NCBI RefSeq assembly: GCF_001194135.2
Contig: NC_068983.1
Location: 111,665,988 to 111,713,060 of the forward strand
Direction of reading: 5' to 3'
Source: Octopus bimaculoides
Lineage: Eukaryota
DNA: 47,073 bases
Part shown: piece after piece, positions 11,675 to 23,290 of the stretch
Position numbering within the stretch: position 1 is the stretch's first letter
Layout of the letters: each line of letters starts with the position of its first letter
Notes under the pieces: generated by a model
The model's input: only the letters and a program-made list of their open reading frames with translations
What the model was told of the DNA's origin: nothing
Database searches by the model: none
Program-made: the position numbers and the translations under genes

Positions 11675-11720
11675 CAAAGATGAATTAGATTTCAAGCCAT
11701 TAAACAATCGGGGACATAAG
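11675..11720 (+). CDS. Candidate internal exon E2
   Basis: ttgctgtttatag|...aag|gtaaaa. It is 46 nt and reads (S)KDELDFKPLNNRGHK in phase with E1. Confidence 0.27.
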
Positions 11721-11821
11721 GTAAAACCTTTTGGGTCATGCCTATAACATTTAACATTCTGATTGACTGCTGTATGCGCTAGTGACATGATGTGTGCATA
11801 TGTACACTCATACACACATGC

Positions 11822-11856
<35 letters not shown>

Positions 11857-12438
11857 TAAGAGATCCAAAAGATTGTTATATATGTGTGTATGCATGTGTA
11901 TGTGTACATACACACACATCAAATCACTAGCACATGCAATATTTGTATATGTGTGTGTGTGTGTGTGTGCGTGTGTATACATATGTATATAAATAGGTAT
12001 ACACATACACACACACACATATATATATATACGTGTGTGTGAGTGTGTGTGACTATGTATATCATATATATTCTTTATTGGAATTGTCAATCTGTGAAGT
12101 AATGGCAATTATTTGTTTTATGTAAGCATAAGAATATAAGTCAATAAAAAAACCACTCACTAGTAAAATGAGGAAGATTACGAAGTCATGACAAAAAAAA
12201 AAATAATAATCTATAAGGTTAGATGAGTTGTGGTGAAAAGGGGCAAAACAGAAATGAAACAATATCGAATAAAGAATGTGAGCGATGAAAATAGATACAT
12301 TGAATAAAATAAGAGAAAAGGATCTAACACTTTTGGTTATATCCTTTACCAGAAGGAAGTAAAGGTAATAAGAGAGGGTAGAGAAAAAGAAATAGAAATG
12401 GTGCAAAATTAAAGTTACAATGTCTGTTTGCATTGTAG

Positions 12439-12477
12439 GCTCAGTTTACGAGATTTACTAGCAGAAGGTCTCTTCAG
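12439..12477 (+). CDS. Candidate internal exon E3
   Basis: tgtctgtttgcattgtag|...cag|gtactg. It is 39 nt and reads AQFTRFTSRRSLQ (alternative frame LSLRDLLAEGLF). Confidence 0.3.
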
Positions 12478-12523
12478 GTACTGTGTCATATTATAATTGC
12501 ATGTATATATAGGGGTGGTTATA

Positions 12524-13010
12524 GGCACAGGAGTGGCTGTGTGGTAAGTAGCTTGCCTACCAACCACATGATTCTGGATTCAGTCCCATTGTGTGGCACC
12601 TTGGGCAAGTGTCTTCTACTATAGCCTCGGGCTTAACCAAAGCCTTCTGAGTGGATTTGGTAGATGGAAACTGAAAGAAGCCCGTCGTATATATANNNNN
12701 NNNNNNNNNNNNNNNNNNNNNNNNNNNNNNNNNNNNNTATATATACATACATATATATATATACATGCATGTGTGTGTGTGTATATGTGGGGATATGTTT
12801 GTGTGTCTGTATTTGTCCCTCCTACATCACTTGAGAATTGATGCTGGTGTGTTTACAACCCCCATAACTTAGCAATTTGGCAAAAGAGACCGATAGAATA
12901 AGTACTAGGCTTACAAAGAATAAGTCCTGGGGTCAATTTATTCAACTAAAGGCGGTGCTCCAGCATGGCTGCAGTCAAATGACTGAAACAAATAAAAGAA
13001 TAAAAGAATA
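12524..13010 (+). mobile_element. tRNA-derived SINE, family A
   Basis: ggcacaggagtggctgtgtggtaagtagcttgcctaccaaccacatgattctggattcagtccc...gactgaaacaaataaaagaataaaag. The gap 12696-12737 lies in the internal microsatellite. Confidence 0.9.
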
Positions 13011-13049
13011 TCTCAATATATAGATAAGATACATACATGTATATATGTA

Positions 13050-13960
13050 CGAGGTGGTATCAAAAGGCTTCCAGACTAGCTATCTTTAATAAAAGATAAT
13101 TTATTTACTGAAGTTTCAACATTATCTCCTTCGAAATAGTCACCTTGTGCAGCAATACACTGGTACCAGCTTTCCTGTCCCATTTGGAATCTAGCCTGGA
13201 AGTCATTTTCAATAAGCGAGTTGAAGACCATCTGTAATTCATTCTGGATCTTGTAAAAACAGCAACCTTTGAGCTGCATTTTCATCTTGGGGAAGAGATG
13301 GAAGTTTGCAGGTGCTAAATCTGTTGAATAGGGTGTGGATTCAGAAGTGATACCATGTTGTTTTGGACCAGAAACTCACAAGTGAGCAGAGCTTCAGGAT
13401 GATGCATTTTCGCCATGAAGAATCCAATTCTTTGCACTCCAGAAATCCATTCACTTTTGCAGAATGGCCTCCTTCAAATGCTTCAAAATGCCACAGTAGA
13501 ACTCTTGATTGATGGTCTGGCCTTGGGGCATAAATTTCCTATGCACAATACCACATTTCTGGGGGTGGTGCTTGTGGCAGGTCTTCCAGATCACTCATCA
13601 TCTTTTAGGTATATTCTTCCATTTTTGAAGCCCCTGTGTCACACAGAACATTGCGTAGAGTCCATGGCCTTGTCACTGTAAACTTGCTGAAGCATGCTCA
13701 ATTTCTCTGCAGCAGACTTCCCAAGTTTAATGCAAAAATTTTGTGTTGGTTCTTTGTTCATGTTCATGAGAAAATCACAGACTACAGCATACATCTAATC
13801 CCCAAAACACAAATTTCACAACTTATAAAGTAAACAAAACAATGTAACTTGGCACATTGCCTCAGGAACATCACTGCTAGCTCTTACTGTGCATGCAACC
13901 ATGTGCTACCATCTGTTGGCATGCTACAGAAGTAGTCCAGCAACTTTTGATACCACCTTG
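13050..13960 (-). mobile_element. Internally deleted mariner (Tc1/mariner) element
   Basis: ~30-bp TIRs (cgaggtggtatcaaaaggcttccagactag / agtagtccagcaacttttgataccaccttg). The minus strand has an N-terminus resembling KLGKSAAEKLSMLQQVYSD...SGRP and a C-terminus WYQCIAAQGDYFEGDN. Confidence 0.88.
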
Positions 13961-14416
13961 TTTATTACACTACCTGTGTGTGTACATATATATGGAGAAA
14001 TAGAAATAGAAGTGGGCTTCTTACAATATATGCAGTTTAATAGCATAATGCATTATGTCTTCTCTTTTATAAGGCTTTTGCTAATATACTCTTCCATTCC
14101 ATTGTTCGTATTACACCAAACTTTAAACACAAATAACATACCATTAACACTCTAAAATTACATGCTTTATCACTAACAAATTACAAGTATGTAAACCCAA
14201 GAGCAGCCAACAAATGACTGATTTTATAACATACTTGTCCTAGAGTTTCTTGTCAGTTCACCATTCACTTATAACAAGGTTCAGCAACAATATAGTACAC
14301 TGCACCATAAATAGCAAAACTAGATAGGAAAACATTAATGGACAGCACATGTATATACTAAAGAATTCTTTACCAACATAGAGGATTAATAATGGAAGTT
14401 CTATTGTATTTTCCAG

Positions 14417-14459
14417 CATCCAAGTGAAATTTTTCAGACCAAAATTTACAAACAAAATG
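14417..14459 (+). CDS. Candidate internal exon E4
   Basis: ctattgtattttccag|...atg|gtaggt. It is 43 nt and reads HPSEIFQTKIYKQN (alternative frame IQVKFFRPKFTNKM). Confidence 0.33.
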
Positions 14460-14689
14460 GTAGGTTGACTTATGCACCAAGATGATTTTAGGGGACTAAA
14501 AATTCCATGTGAAATGCACCAGAAGTTAGAAAGATAACATGATATTTGATTGTTTACACTACATGTTTACACTATATACTACAGAGGCTTGTAAACTTGA
14601 AAATACATAAAGTGTTACATATCACAATGCCCCACAAAACACTCACTGTTAATGTTTGCTGGACATTAAACAAAAATAACACCTGCCTC

Positions 14690-14900
14690 ATGACATAAAT
14701 CTGTCAAAATTCAAGTTCACTGGGTAATGTTTACACCAATCATATTGGCCATACCTACTACCATGAGTTATCAACAGTCAGCAACTACACATCAACCTGA
14801 ATTTGAAATTATGAAGGGCTAAAAATGCCGATAATGGATTTAGGAACATAACTCATCAAAACAAACTGCAAGGAGCTCTAATAAAATATATAAAATAATT
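14690..14900 (+). mobile_element. Possible Penelope GIY-YIG endonuclease fragment
   Basis: aaattcaagttcactgggtaatgt...aatcatattggccatacc resembles the FKCPLGEC...YIGxT motif, but is frameshifted. Confidence 0.35.
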
Positions 14901-14964
14901 ATGAACAGGAAAAATTAGAAATAAAAATCAGGCTTTCAATAGAGATCTAAAAGAGGTTTTTTTC

Positions 14965-15300
<336 letters not shown>

Positions 15301-15997
15301 TGTGCTTCATGAATTTGTCAGAAAATGTATGCCAATGCGTACATCAATCCAAAAATAATTGAAAAAAAAATCCAATTCCCTTTCACATAGACTTTGCAAA
15401 ATGCCACAAGCAATCCTGAAAGTGTTGTGACATTTGGTGACAACACTGTGGTAAAGATTTGCTTAAAATGGAAATAAGCTTCCATAGATTATCTAAGAAT
15501 TTTTTCACTGATGTTTTAAGCTAGAATAGTTCAAACCCTATCACAGTTCGATCAACACTATACAGGAATAAAGTGGTAGAGTAAGCTGTAGAGGAGGTAA
15601 AAGTTCTGACTTCAATACTTGACAGTAGAAAATTCTGTAACTAATGATATGTGGCTGGTATCTCTTCTAGTTCATCTTATTTCATAACACCTGAGGGCAT
15701 TGCTGAAATTAACAAAATTGAGATTAACAAAAATAGATGTAGAGTGCCCAGAAATTACTTATATATATATATATATATATATATAATTCTATTCTGTTAA
15801 TAGAACTGTTGCCGTGTTAATACTCTAAAAATCCATTTTTCTAATTTCTACACTTCATTTTCACCAATATTTTTCTTATTCACTATTTCTTGAGACCCAC
15901 ATACCTGCTTATGTCTACCTAGCTAGCCATTTAACCATCCTTCGATTGAAATCCGTCTTTACATACACACACTTACCTACACGTGCACACACATGCA

Positions 15998-16005
15998 CAT
16001 TATTA

Positions 16006-16066
<61 letters not shown>

Positions 16067-16140
16067 TGTTGTTGTTGTTGTTATTATGATTATTATTAAT
16101 ATCCTCATCATCATTATTATTATTATTATTATTGTTGTTG
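15998..16140. repeat. (ATT)n/(GTT)n trinucleotide microsatellite
   Basis: Directly visible. Similar tracts occur at 16345-16427, 17848-17927 and 18100-18160. Confidence 0.95.
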
Positions 16141-16182
16141 TTTCTTTTCTTCTTTCTTCAAATTTTCTTCCATTTCTCGCAG

Positions 16183-16253
16183 AGTGTTTTCCACACACCA
16201 AGGGCAGAGAAGCTCATTGTATGCATTCCCAGTTTACACATGCAAATTCACAG
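16183..16253 (+). CDS. Candidate internal exon E5
   Basis: ttttcttccatttctcgcag|...cag|gtaaaa, with a strong polypyrimidine tract. It is 71 nt and reads (E)CFPHTKGREAHCMHSQFTHANSQ. Confidence 0.37.
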
Positions 16254-16353
16254 GTAAAATATGTATTTAAAAAAATATCAAGAAATAAATAAATTCATGA
16301 ATGGATATTGTTTTCATAGCAATAATGCATTTCTCAATACATGAGTTGTTCCA

Positions 16354-16392
<39 letters not shown>

Positions 16393-16426
16393 CATTATTT
16401 TTATTATTATTATTATTACTATTATT

Positions 16427-16642
16427 AAGGCAGTGAGCTAGCAGAATCGTTAGCATGTCAGGCAAAATGCTTAATGGCATTTTGTCCGTCTTTAAGTTGT
16501 GAGTTCACGTTCCACCGAGGTCAAATTTGCCTTTCATCCTTTCAGGCTCGATAAAATAAGTACCAGTTGAACACTGGTGTTGATGTAATCAACTCATACC
16601 CTTCCCAAAATTGATGCCCAAGTGGCAAAATTTGAAACCATT
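16427..16642 (+). mobile_element. tRNA-derived SINE, family B
   Basis: aaggcagtgagctagcagaatcgttagcatg...gagttcacgttccaccgaggtc...aaaatttgaaacc. Confidence 0.85.
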
Positions 16643-16667
16643 ATTATTATTATTGTTATTATTATTG

Positions 16668-16820
16668 GTTTCAATTCCTAGACCACATGGTGCGTTGTGT
16701 TCTTGAGCAAAAATCACTTCGTTTCAAGTTGCTCTCTGATTACTTTGACACCTGATGCATGTTACACCATGCACCTGTTCAGACAATGTCAATTTGATGG
16801 AGAGAGTGAGCTAATGTACT
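16668..16820 (+). mobile_element. Old SINE fragment (gtgttcttgagcaa-type core)
   Basis: ggtttcaattcc...gtgttcttgagcaaaaatcactt, a B-box-like motif followed by a core similar to 42820-42860. Confidence 0.45.
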
Positions 16821-16825
16821 CCACA

Positions 16826-17224
16826 TACTCTTTACTCTCTCTTTTACTTGTTTCAGTCATTTTTGACTATGGCCATCCTGGAGCACCGCCTTTATTCGAG
16901 AAAATCGACCCGAGGACTTACGCTTTGTAAGCCTAGTACTTATTCTATCGGTCTCTATTTGCTGAACCGCTAAGTTACGGGGACGTAAACACACCAGCAT
17001 CAGTTGTCAAGCGATGGTGGGGGGACAAACACACATACATATACACATATATACATATATACGACGGGCTTCTTTCAGTGTCCGTCTACCAAATCCACTT
17101 ACAAGGCTTTGGTCGGCCCGAGGCTATAGTAGAAGACACTTGCCCAAGGTGCCACGCAGTGGGACTGAACCCGGAACCATGTGGTTGGTAAGCAAGCTAC
17201 TTTACCACACAGCCACTCCTGTAC
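16826..17224 (-). mobile_element. tRNA-derived SINE, family A (short internal microsatellite)
   Basis: Reverse complement of the complete family A copy, ending ttaccacacagccactcctgt. Confidence 0.9.
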
Positions 17225-17319
17225 TATAAACAAATTATATGTGCAGGTCATTTGTCTAAAGCTGAACACTCATACATTGTCTTCAACAGGAGAGTCCTTC
17301 ATTATTATCATTATTATTA

Positions 17320-17850
17320 CCACCTGACTGGCATGGCACCCATGCCAGTGGCATGTAAAACCACTATTCGAGCGTGATTGATGCCAGTGCCACTTGAATG
17401 GTCCCATGTCAGTGGCACGTAAAATGAACTGTTTGAGTGTGGCCTTTGCCAGTGCTGGTTGACTGACTCCCATGCCGATGCATATAAAAAGACCATCCGA
17501 GCATGGTCATTGCCAGTGCCTCCTGACTGGCACCCATACTGGTGGCACATAAAAAGCACCATTCGAGCATGAGTTGTTGCCAGTGCCTCCTGACTGGCTC
17601 CCATGCCGGTGGCACATAGAAAGCACCACTCAAGCATGGTTGATGCCAGTACTACCTGACTAGCCCTCATGCCAGTGGTACATAAAAAGCACCCACTATG
17701 CTCTCAGAGTGGTTGGCATTAGGAAGAGCATTCAGCTGTAGAAACCTTGCCAGATCAGACTGGAGCCTGGTACAGCCTTCTGGCTTACCAGTTTTCAGTC
17801 AAACTGACCAACCCATGTCAGCATGGAAAGCAAACGTTAGACGATGATTA
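17320..17850 (+). mobile_element. RTE-type LINE 3' UTR with about six tandem ~60-nt units
   Basis: Repeated tgccagtgcctcctgactggc...ggtggcacataaaaagcacc units, then ccaacccatgtcagcatggaaagcaaacgttagacgatg. Confidence 0.8.
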
Positions 17851-17862
17851 TTATTATTGTTA

Positions 17863-17929
<67 letters not shown>

Positions 17930-18100
17930 ATTTTATTTCTCAGAGCTCTTGCCTTACTTGCTTCATTTAATTTTGTGAGAGCCGACAGCAGCCTCTTGTC
18001 AAAGATCTCACAGAGTCGCATTCTATGAATAATAAGACTTGGTACTTAGATGCAAAGTAGTCACACCAATCTCATTAAGGGGAGGGGCTCTTTTTGTTGC

Positions 18101-18133
<33 letters not shown>

Positions 18134-18164
18134 CATTATGATCATTATGATCATTATTATGCTA

Positions 18165-20340
18165 GTGCACGTTCATTCGGTATTTTATCAAGTACTTTAT
18201 TGTGTAGCTTGGTCCCTGGGTTAAAATACAGGATATTCTCTCGAGACACATTAAAAGCTACAACATCAAGAATTTATGCAAACTAAACAAAAGAAACATT
18301 TCTCCACCTACCCAAGAGGATAAGTTCTTGAACTTATCAAAGCATACTCTCAAATATTGAATAAATTGCACTCCTCGACCTCAGTACTAACTTTCACCTA
18401 AAACTTAAATATGACTATAACAAGAAAAAAGATGAAATCAAGCTTCTATACCAAAAGTTTTTAAAAATCTGAGGAGCAAAAACAGCAAAAAATCTGAATA
18501 CCAAATTTATGGTGAATGTAATAAAAACAAAGCTCCACAAAATAACAAATATTAAGTCAGAAAATTTTAAACAGCACTGAACAAAAGATAACAATGTAAA
18601 AATCTGTAAGATTTGAGACAAGTAATATGTTTGTAATCATGATTGGAGACAAGGGCAATAGAAAAAGTAATAATTTAAGCAGAGAGAGACAAATTCATGA
18701 AGATCAAGAACGATAGCACCAAACAGCTAGAAATAAAATCAAACAAATTTATTTCTATGATCCCTTACTTTTCATACAGATAAGAATTTTTCCCAGCACA
18801 GTAAAAGTATACAAATAAAACAACCCCCAAAAGATTCATAATATCCCAAATGAATAAATCTCTACCTAAGAGACAGGCAGTATTATTAAATAAAACACAC
18901 CAACGAAATACAGTATTAAGTCAGCTGAAAAATCTTTTACAGATTTTAGAAGAAATATATACTTTTGGTATAACATCATCGTGGTAGATGTAGAAAGTTT
19001 GTACTTGTTTCAGTGGCAGGAATGATTCAATTAGAATAATGAACATAAATAAACACCCAAGATTAAAGCCACCTGTGATACCAGCAAATTTATTATAAAA
19101 GCTACTTAAGATATATACAACTGAAGTACCCTTTCACTGCCCACATGGTAATTTACTCACACAGGTAGATGAAGTGTCCATGGATTTCCTGCTTACATCC
19201 AATGTTTGCAGTATTCTACTTACTCCCATGAGAGAACAGAATAACACCAATACATAAATACATAATATACACCAGTTATATAGATGATATGCAATTTGTA
19301 ATGGATACATTAAAGGAAGTTGAGAAACAAAAGGGAAACTGAGAAGCAACTCAGTACTAAAGTTTAACATCCAAAATAATGCAAATGAACCCCGTCTTTA
19401 TATACAACACACACATCATGGATACACCACATCAGTATTCACCAAAGAGTCAAACAAATGCATATACCAACATGAAGATAGTGAATGCCTACACAACTAT
19501 AAGATCTCAGTGGTAAAAATCACTCCTCAGAGGAACCTTTGTACTCTTGTCTACAAATAATGCACAAGAGAAATACATAGAATAAAACACTGAAATTCTA
19601 ACAGATTAATAGAGAGAACTATATAAGAATACAAATGTGAATACAAAGCAAGAAATACATCAAAGAATACATCTAATAAAAACACACAAACCACACATAA
19701 AATTTATTATATGAATCAAATGCAGTAAAATCTATCAAACAGATGAACCTATAATCAAAACCCTTGTAAAAGAGAACACAAATCGTATCACATCTGAGTA
19801 TAAAGCTTAAACTAAAATATATTACAAAAATGCCAAAACCATGAGTGTCCTTGTCAATTACACACCACAGGTATTTAAACCTGACAACATACTATGAATG
19901 ACCAATGTAATTTATAAATTTGACTATAGAAATGAAAGTTGCAAAATTCAGGACTCTAGCTGTTACAGTAACTATGCATGTACAATGCCTTCTCATATCC
20001 TCACCATGCACTTACAACAAGGAGCTAAAACATCATACTACACATGACAAAACAAAGTGAGGAAAATGCTAGTGGATAATACTTATACGCTCTATAAATT
20101 CCACATGGAAACAGAAGATCGATTATGGAGGCCAAACTCATTTTGCAATACGATACCAAAATCAACACACAAACAGCATACACATCAAAAAATGAACATG
20201 TAGATGCAGACATCCCAAATGGTCAGCAATTTCACCTCAATAAACAGATAACATGTCACTGCTGACACAGAAAGCTAACAGTCAAAATGAATTTTGTAAG
20301 AAAGTCCCTATGAACTCAACCAGTATATAAGAAACAATAC
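18165..20340 (+). mobile_element. Penelope-like retroelement (RT + GIY-YIG), decayed
   Basis: KTHQRNTVL (~18893), VVDVESLY (18981-19004), EVPFHCPHGNLLTQVDEVSM, YIDD (19277-19288), HGYTTSVFTK, TNVIYKF...LTMHLQQGA, IMEAKLILQYDTKINTQ and a TATA-like tatataa at 20324. Many stops and frameshifts. Confidence 0.88.
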
Positions 20341-20522
20341 ACATGCCAAATATATTCAATTCAAGAAAATGAGAGCATGAAGTTCTGGAAATGATGAATA
20401 TATGTTTAAATACCTATTTCCCCAAACTAAACGTAATAGAAAAAATAAGGAGAAAATACAATACATCTAGAATAAAAAAAGATAAAACGGTAACCATCAT
20501 GTATATATATATATATATATAT

Positions 20523-20730
20523 AAGTTCCTGGCTTTTGGCAAAAGAAAATACTGGAGGATGAGTTATTTATGATTTTATGTAATATATTCCCTTCTAAGA
20601 TTCACACACTTACCGCAGCGGTCCTTCAAGTTTTCTTAGCCCAGTAAAAGAACTTGGAAGGTTGAGCCTCCAACCAGGCCTCTCACAATACCATTGAAGC
20701 TAAAACCAGGAACTTTTCGGTATCCGCTTG
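20523..20730 (-). mobile_element. Mariner-derived MITE, copy 1
   Basis: TIRs aagttcctggcttt / aaaaccaggaactt. It is the reverse complement homologue of 29365-29581. Confidence 0.8.
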
Positions 20731-20739
20731 CATATATAT

Positions 20740-21400
20740 ATCCATTGTATGTAACAGAAGCAGTCTTTGCTCTCTTAAATCCTTCAGTGCTGTCAGTACA
20801 ATGGGCAACAAGCCTTCACCAAACATCCTGATGGCTGACCTGTCTCCTGGCTCTACTTGGGTCAACTCTCAAGGCTATCCTGTTTTTCCAGATTGTACTG
20901 GACCACATCTTCCTTGATCTTCCCCTCTGCATCTTTTCTACTATCAGCATTCACCCCATCATGATGCTGGCATGCCTTTCCTGCAGTAATCAAAATACAC
21001 AACTAATAAACTGTATCCACCACTTAGTCACCATGTCCTGCAAACTTCTCATCACTTCATTGTTTCTCACTCAGTCCTGGCCAGGTGTAGATGGCTATTG
21101 GTATAACAAAAGCTGAGCATAACTGCAGCTTTATCTACTTACAGATGATTTTAGATCTCCATATTGAGATGAAGATATTGGAATACTGACATTGCTTTAC
21201 CTATTCTGGTCTTGACTTCAATTTCTGTATCACCCTCATTAGAAATACAGCTTCCAAGATATGTAAACCTATTGACATACTCAATTTAATCTTGTCTGAG
21301 ACTGACATGTTGTGCTTCGTAACCACCAACTGACATGGCTTGAATCTTTTCAGTGCTAATCCACAACCCTGCTGAATAGGATATCTGTCATGGTCTGCAG
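20740..21400 (-). mobile_element. RTE-type LINE RT fragment
   Basis: The minus strand reads EYVNRFTYLGSCISNEGDTEIEVKTRIGKAMSVF. Confidence 0.8.
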
Positions 21401-21401
21401 A

Positions 21402-21668
21402 GTGTGGAGGCGCAATGGCCCAGTGGTTAGGGCAGTGGACTTGTGGTCATAGGATCGCGGTTTCGATTCCCAGACCGGGCGTTGTGAGTGTTTATTGAGC
21501 GAAAACACCTAAAGCTCCACGAGGCTCCAGCAGGGGATGGTGGTGAACCCTGCTGTACTCTTCCACCACAACTTTCTCTCACTCTTACTTTTTGTTTCTG
21601 TTGTACCTGTAATTCAAAGGGTCAGCCTTGTCACACTGTGTCACGCTGAATATCCAGAGAACTACGTT
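21402..21668 (+). mobile_element. tRNA-derived SINE, family C (runs into gap)
   Basis: gtggaggcgcaatggcccagtggttagggc (A box)...ggtttcgattccc (B box). Confidence 0.9.
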
Positions 21669-22344
21669 NNNNNNNNNNNNNNNNNNNNNNNNNNNNNNNN
21701 NNNNNNNNNNNNNNNNNNNNNNNNNNNNNNNNNNNNNNNNNNNNNNNNNNNNNNNNNNNNNNNNNNNNNNNNNNNNNNNNNNNNNNNNNNNNNNNNNNNN
21801 NNNNNNNNNNNNNNNNNNNNNNNNNNNNNNNNNNNNNNNNNNNNNNNNNNNNNNNNNNNNNNNNNNNNNNNNNNNNNNNNNNNNNNNNNNNNNNNNNNNN
21901 NNNNNNNNNNNNNNNNNNNNNNNNNNNNNNNNNNNNNNNNNNNNNNNNNNNNNNNNNNNNNNNNNNNNNNNNNNNNNNNNNNNNNNNNNNNNNNNNNNNN
22001 NNNNNNNNNNNNNNNNNNNNNNNNNNNNNNNNNNNNNNNNNNNNNNNNNNNNNNNNNNNNNNNNNNNNNNNNNNNNNNNNNNNNNNNNNNNNNNNNNNNN
22101 NNNNNNNNNNNNNNNNNNNNNNNNNNNNNNNNNNNNNNNNNNNNNNNNNNNNNNNNNNNNNNNNNNNNNNNNNNNNNNNNNNNNNNNNNNNNNNNNNNNN
22201 NNNNNNNNNNNNNNNNNNNNNNNNNNNNNNNNNNNNNNNNNNNNNNNNNNNNNNNNNNNNNNNNNNNNNNNNNNNNNNNNNNNNNNNNNNNNNNNNNNNN
22301 NNNNNNNNNNNNNNNNNNNNNNNNNNNNNNNNNNNNNNNNNNNN

Positions 22345-22700
22345 GAGGGTTCCAGTTGATCCGATCAACGGAACAGCCTGCTTATGAAATTAACGTGCAA
22401 GTGGCTGAGCACTTCACAGACACATGTACCCTTAACATAGTTCTCGGGGATATTTAGCATGACACAGTGTGACAAGGCTGGCCCTTTGAGTTACAGGCAC
22501 AACAGAAACAGGAAGAAAGAGTGAGAGAAAGTTGTGGTGAAAGAGTACAGCAGGGTTCGCCACCATCCCCTGTTGGAGCCTCATGGAGCTTTAGGTGTTT
22601 TCGCTCAATAAACACTCACAGCGCCTGGTCTGGGAATGGAAACCGTGATCCTATGACTGCGAGTCCGTTGCCCTAACCACTGGGCCATTGCACCTCCACT
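22345..22700 (-). mobile_element. tRNA-derived SINE, family C (inverted relative to 21402 copy)
   Basis: Ends ccctaaccactgggccattgcacctccac, the reverse complement of the family C head. Confidence 0.9.
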
Positions 22701-22952
22701 TAGCAGATTAAAATAGCCATCATGTATCATACTTAACATCAATACATTGTGGAAAAGCAAATTTACTGTGGTATTCATTCAAATACAGTATTTCTTATGA
22801 ATGTGTTGTGTTTAAAAGTACAAACTATTTCAGTAACAGATGAAGATTGTCCTGCATTTTTTTGTTGTCTACATTCCAATGATGGAGCTTTGTATCTTAG
22901 AAACTGGCTCCTTCCTCAAAGAAAGAATTTAAATAATTAAACAGAAGTGAAC

Positions 22953-22987
22953 ATACATACATACATACATACATATGCATGCACGTG

Positions 22988-23060
<73 letters not shown>

Positions 23061-23092
23061 ACGCATACATACATACATACATACATACATAC
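22953..23092. repeat. (CA)n/(CATA)n microsatellite
   Basis: Directly visible. Confidence 0.95.
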
Positions 23093-23097
23093 AATTC

Positions 23098-23290
23098 TTG
23101 TACTCTGGCTATAAATTCCCATTTGTACCTATCATGATAGGTGAATTAGACTATGTACTTACAAATTTACAAAAAAATCTAGAAATACTTAGATTTTCAA
23201 AGAAAAAGCAAAAGAAACTAATACAGATTCTCCAAACCCAATCTATTAGTGGATGAGTGAAGATTTGTAAGGCATTCCAAAGATTCTCTA
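23098..23290 (+). mobile_element. C-terminus of a restriction-like-endonuclease (R2/R4/NeSL-type) non-LTR element
   Basis: YKFPFVPIMIGELDYVLTNLQKNLEILRF...LIQILQTQSISG*VKICKAF resembles the REL-LINE terminal VPIVIGALG...LQ...GT motif. Confidence 0.6.

Noticed and set aside
17320-17700. CRISPR-like appearance of the ~60-nt tandem units
   Set aside because: There are no unique spacers and no cas genes. The units are wholly homologous and lie in a eukaryotic LINE 3' UTR.
21402-21475. tRNA gene candidates at SINE heads (also 29100-29165, 12524-12600)
   Set aside because: The A/B boxes continue into SINE bodies, there is no complete cloverleaf, and multiple diverged copies are present.
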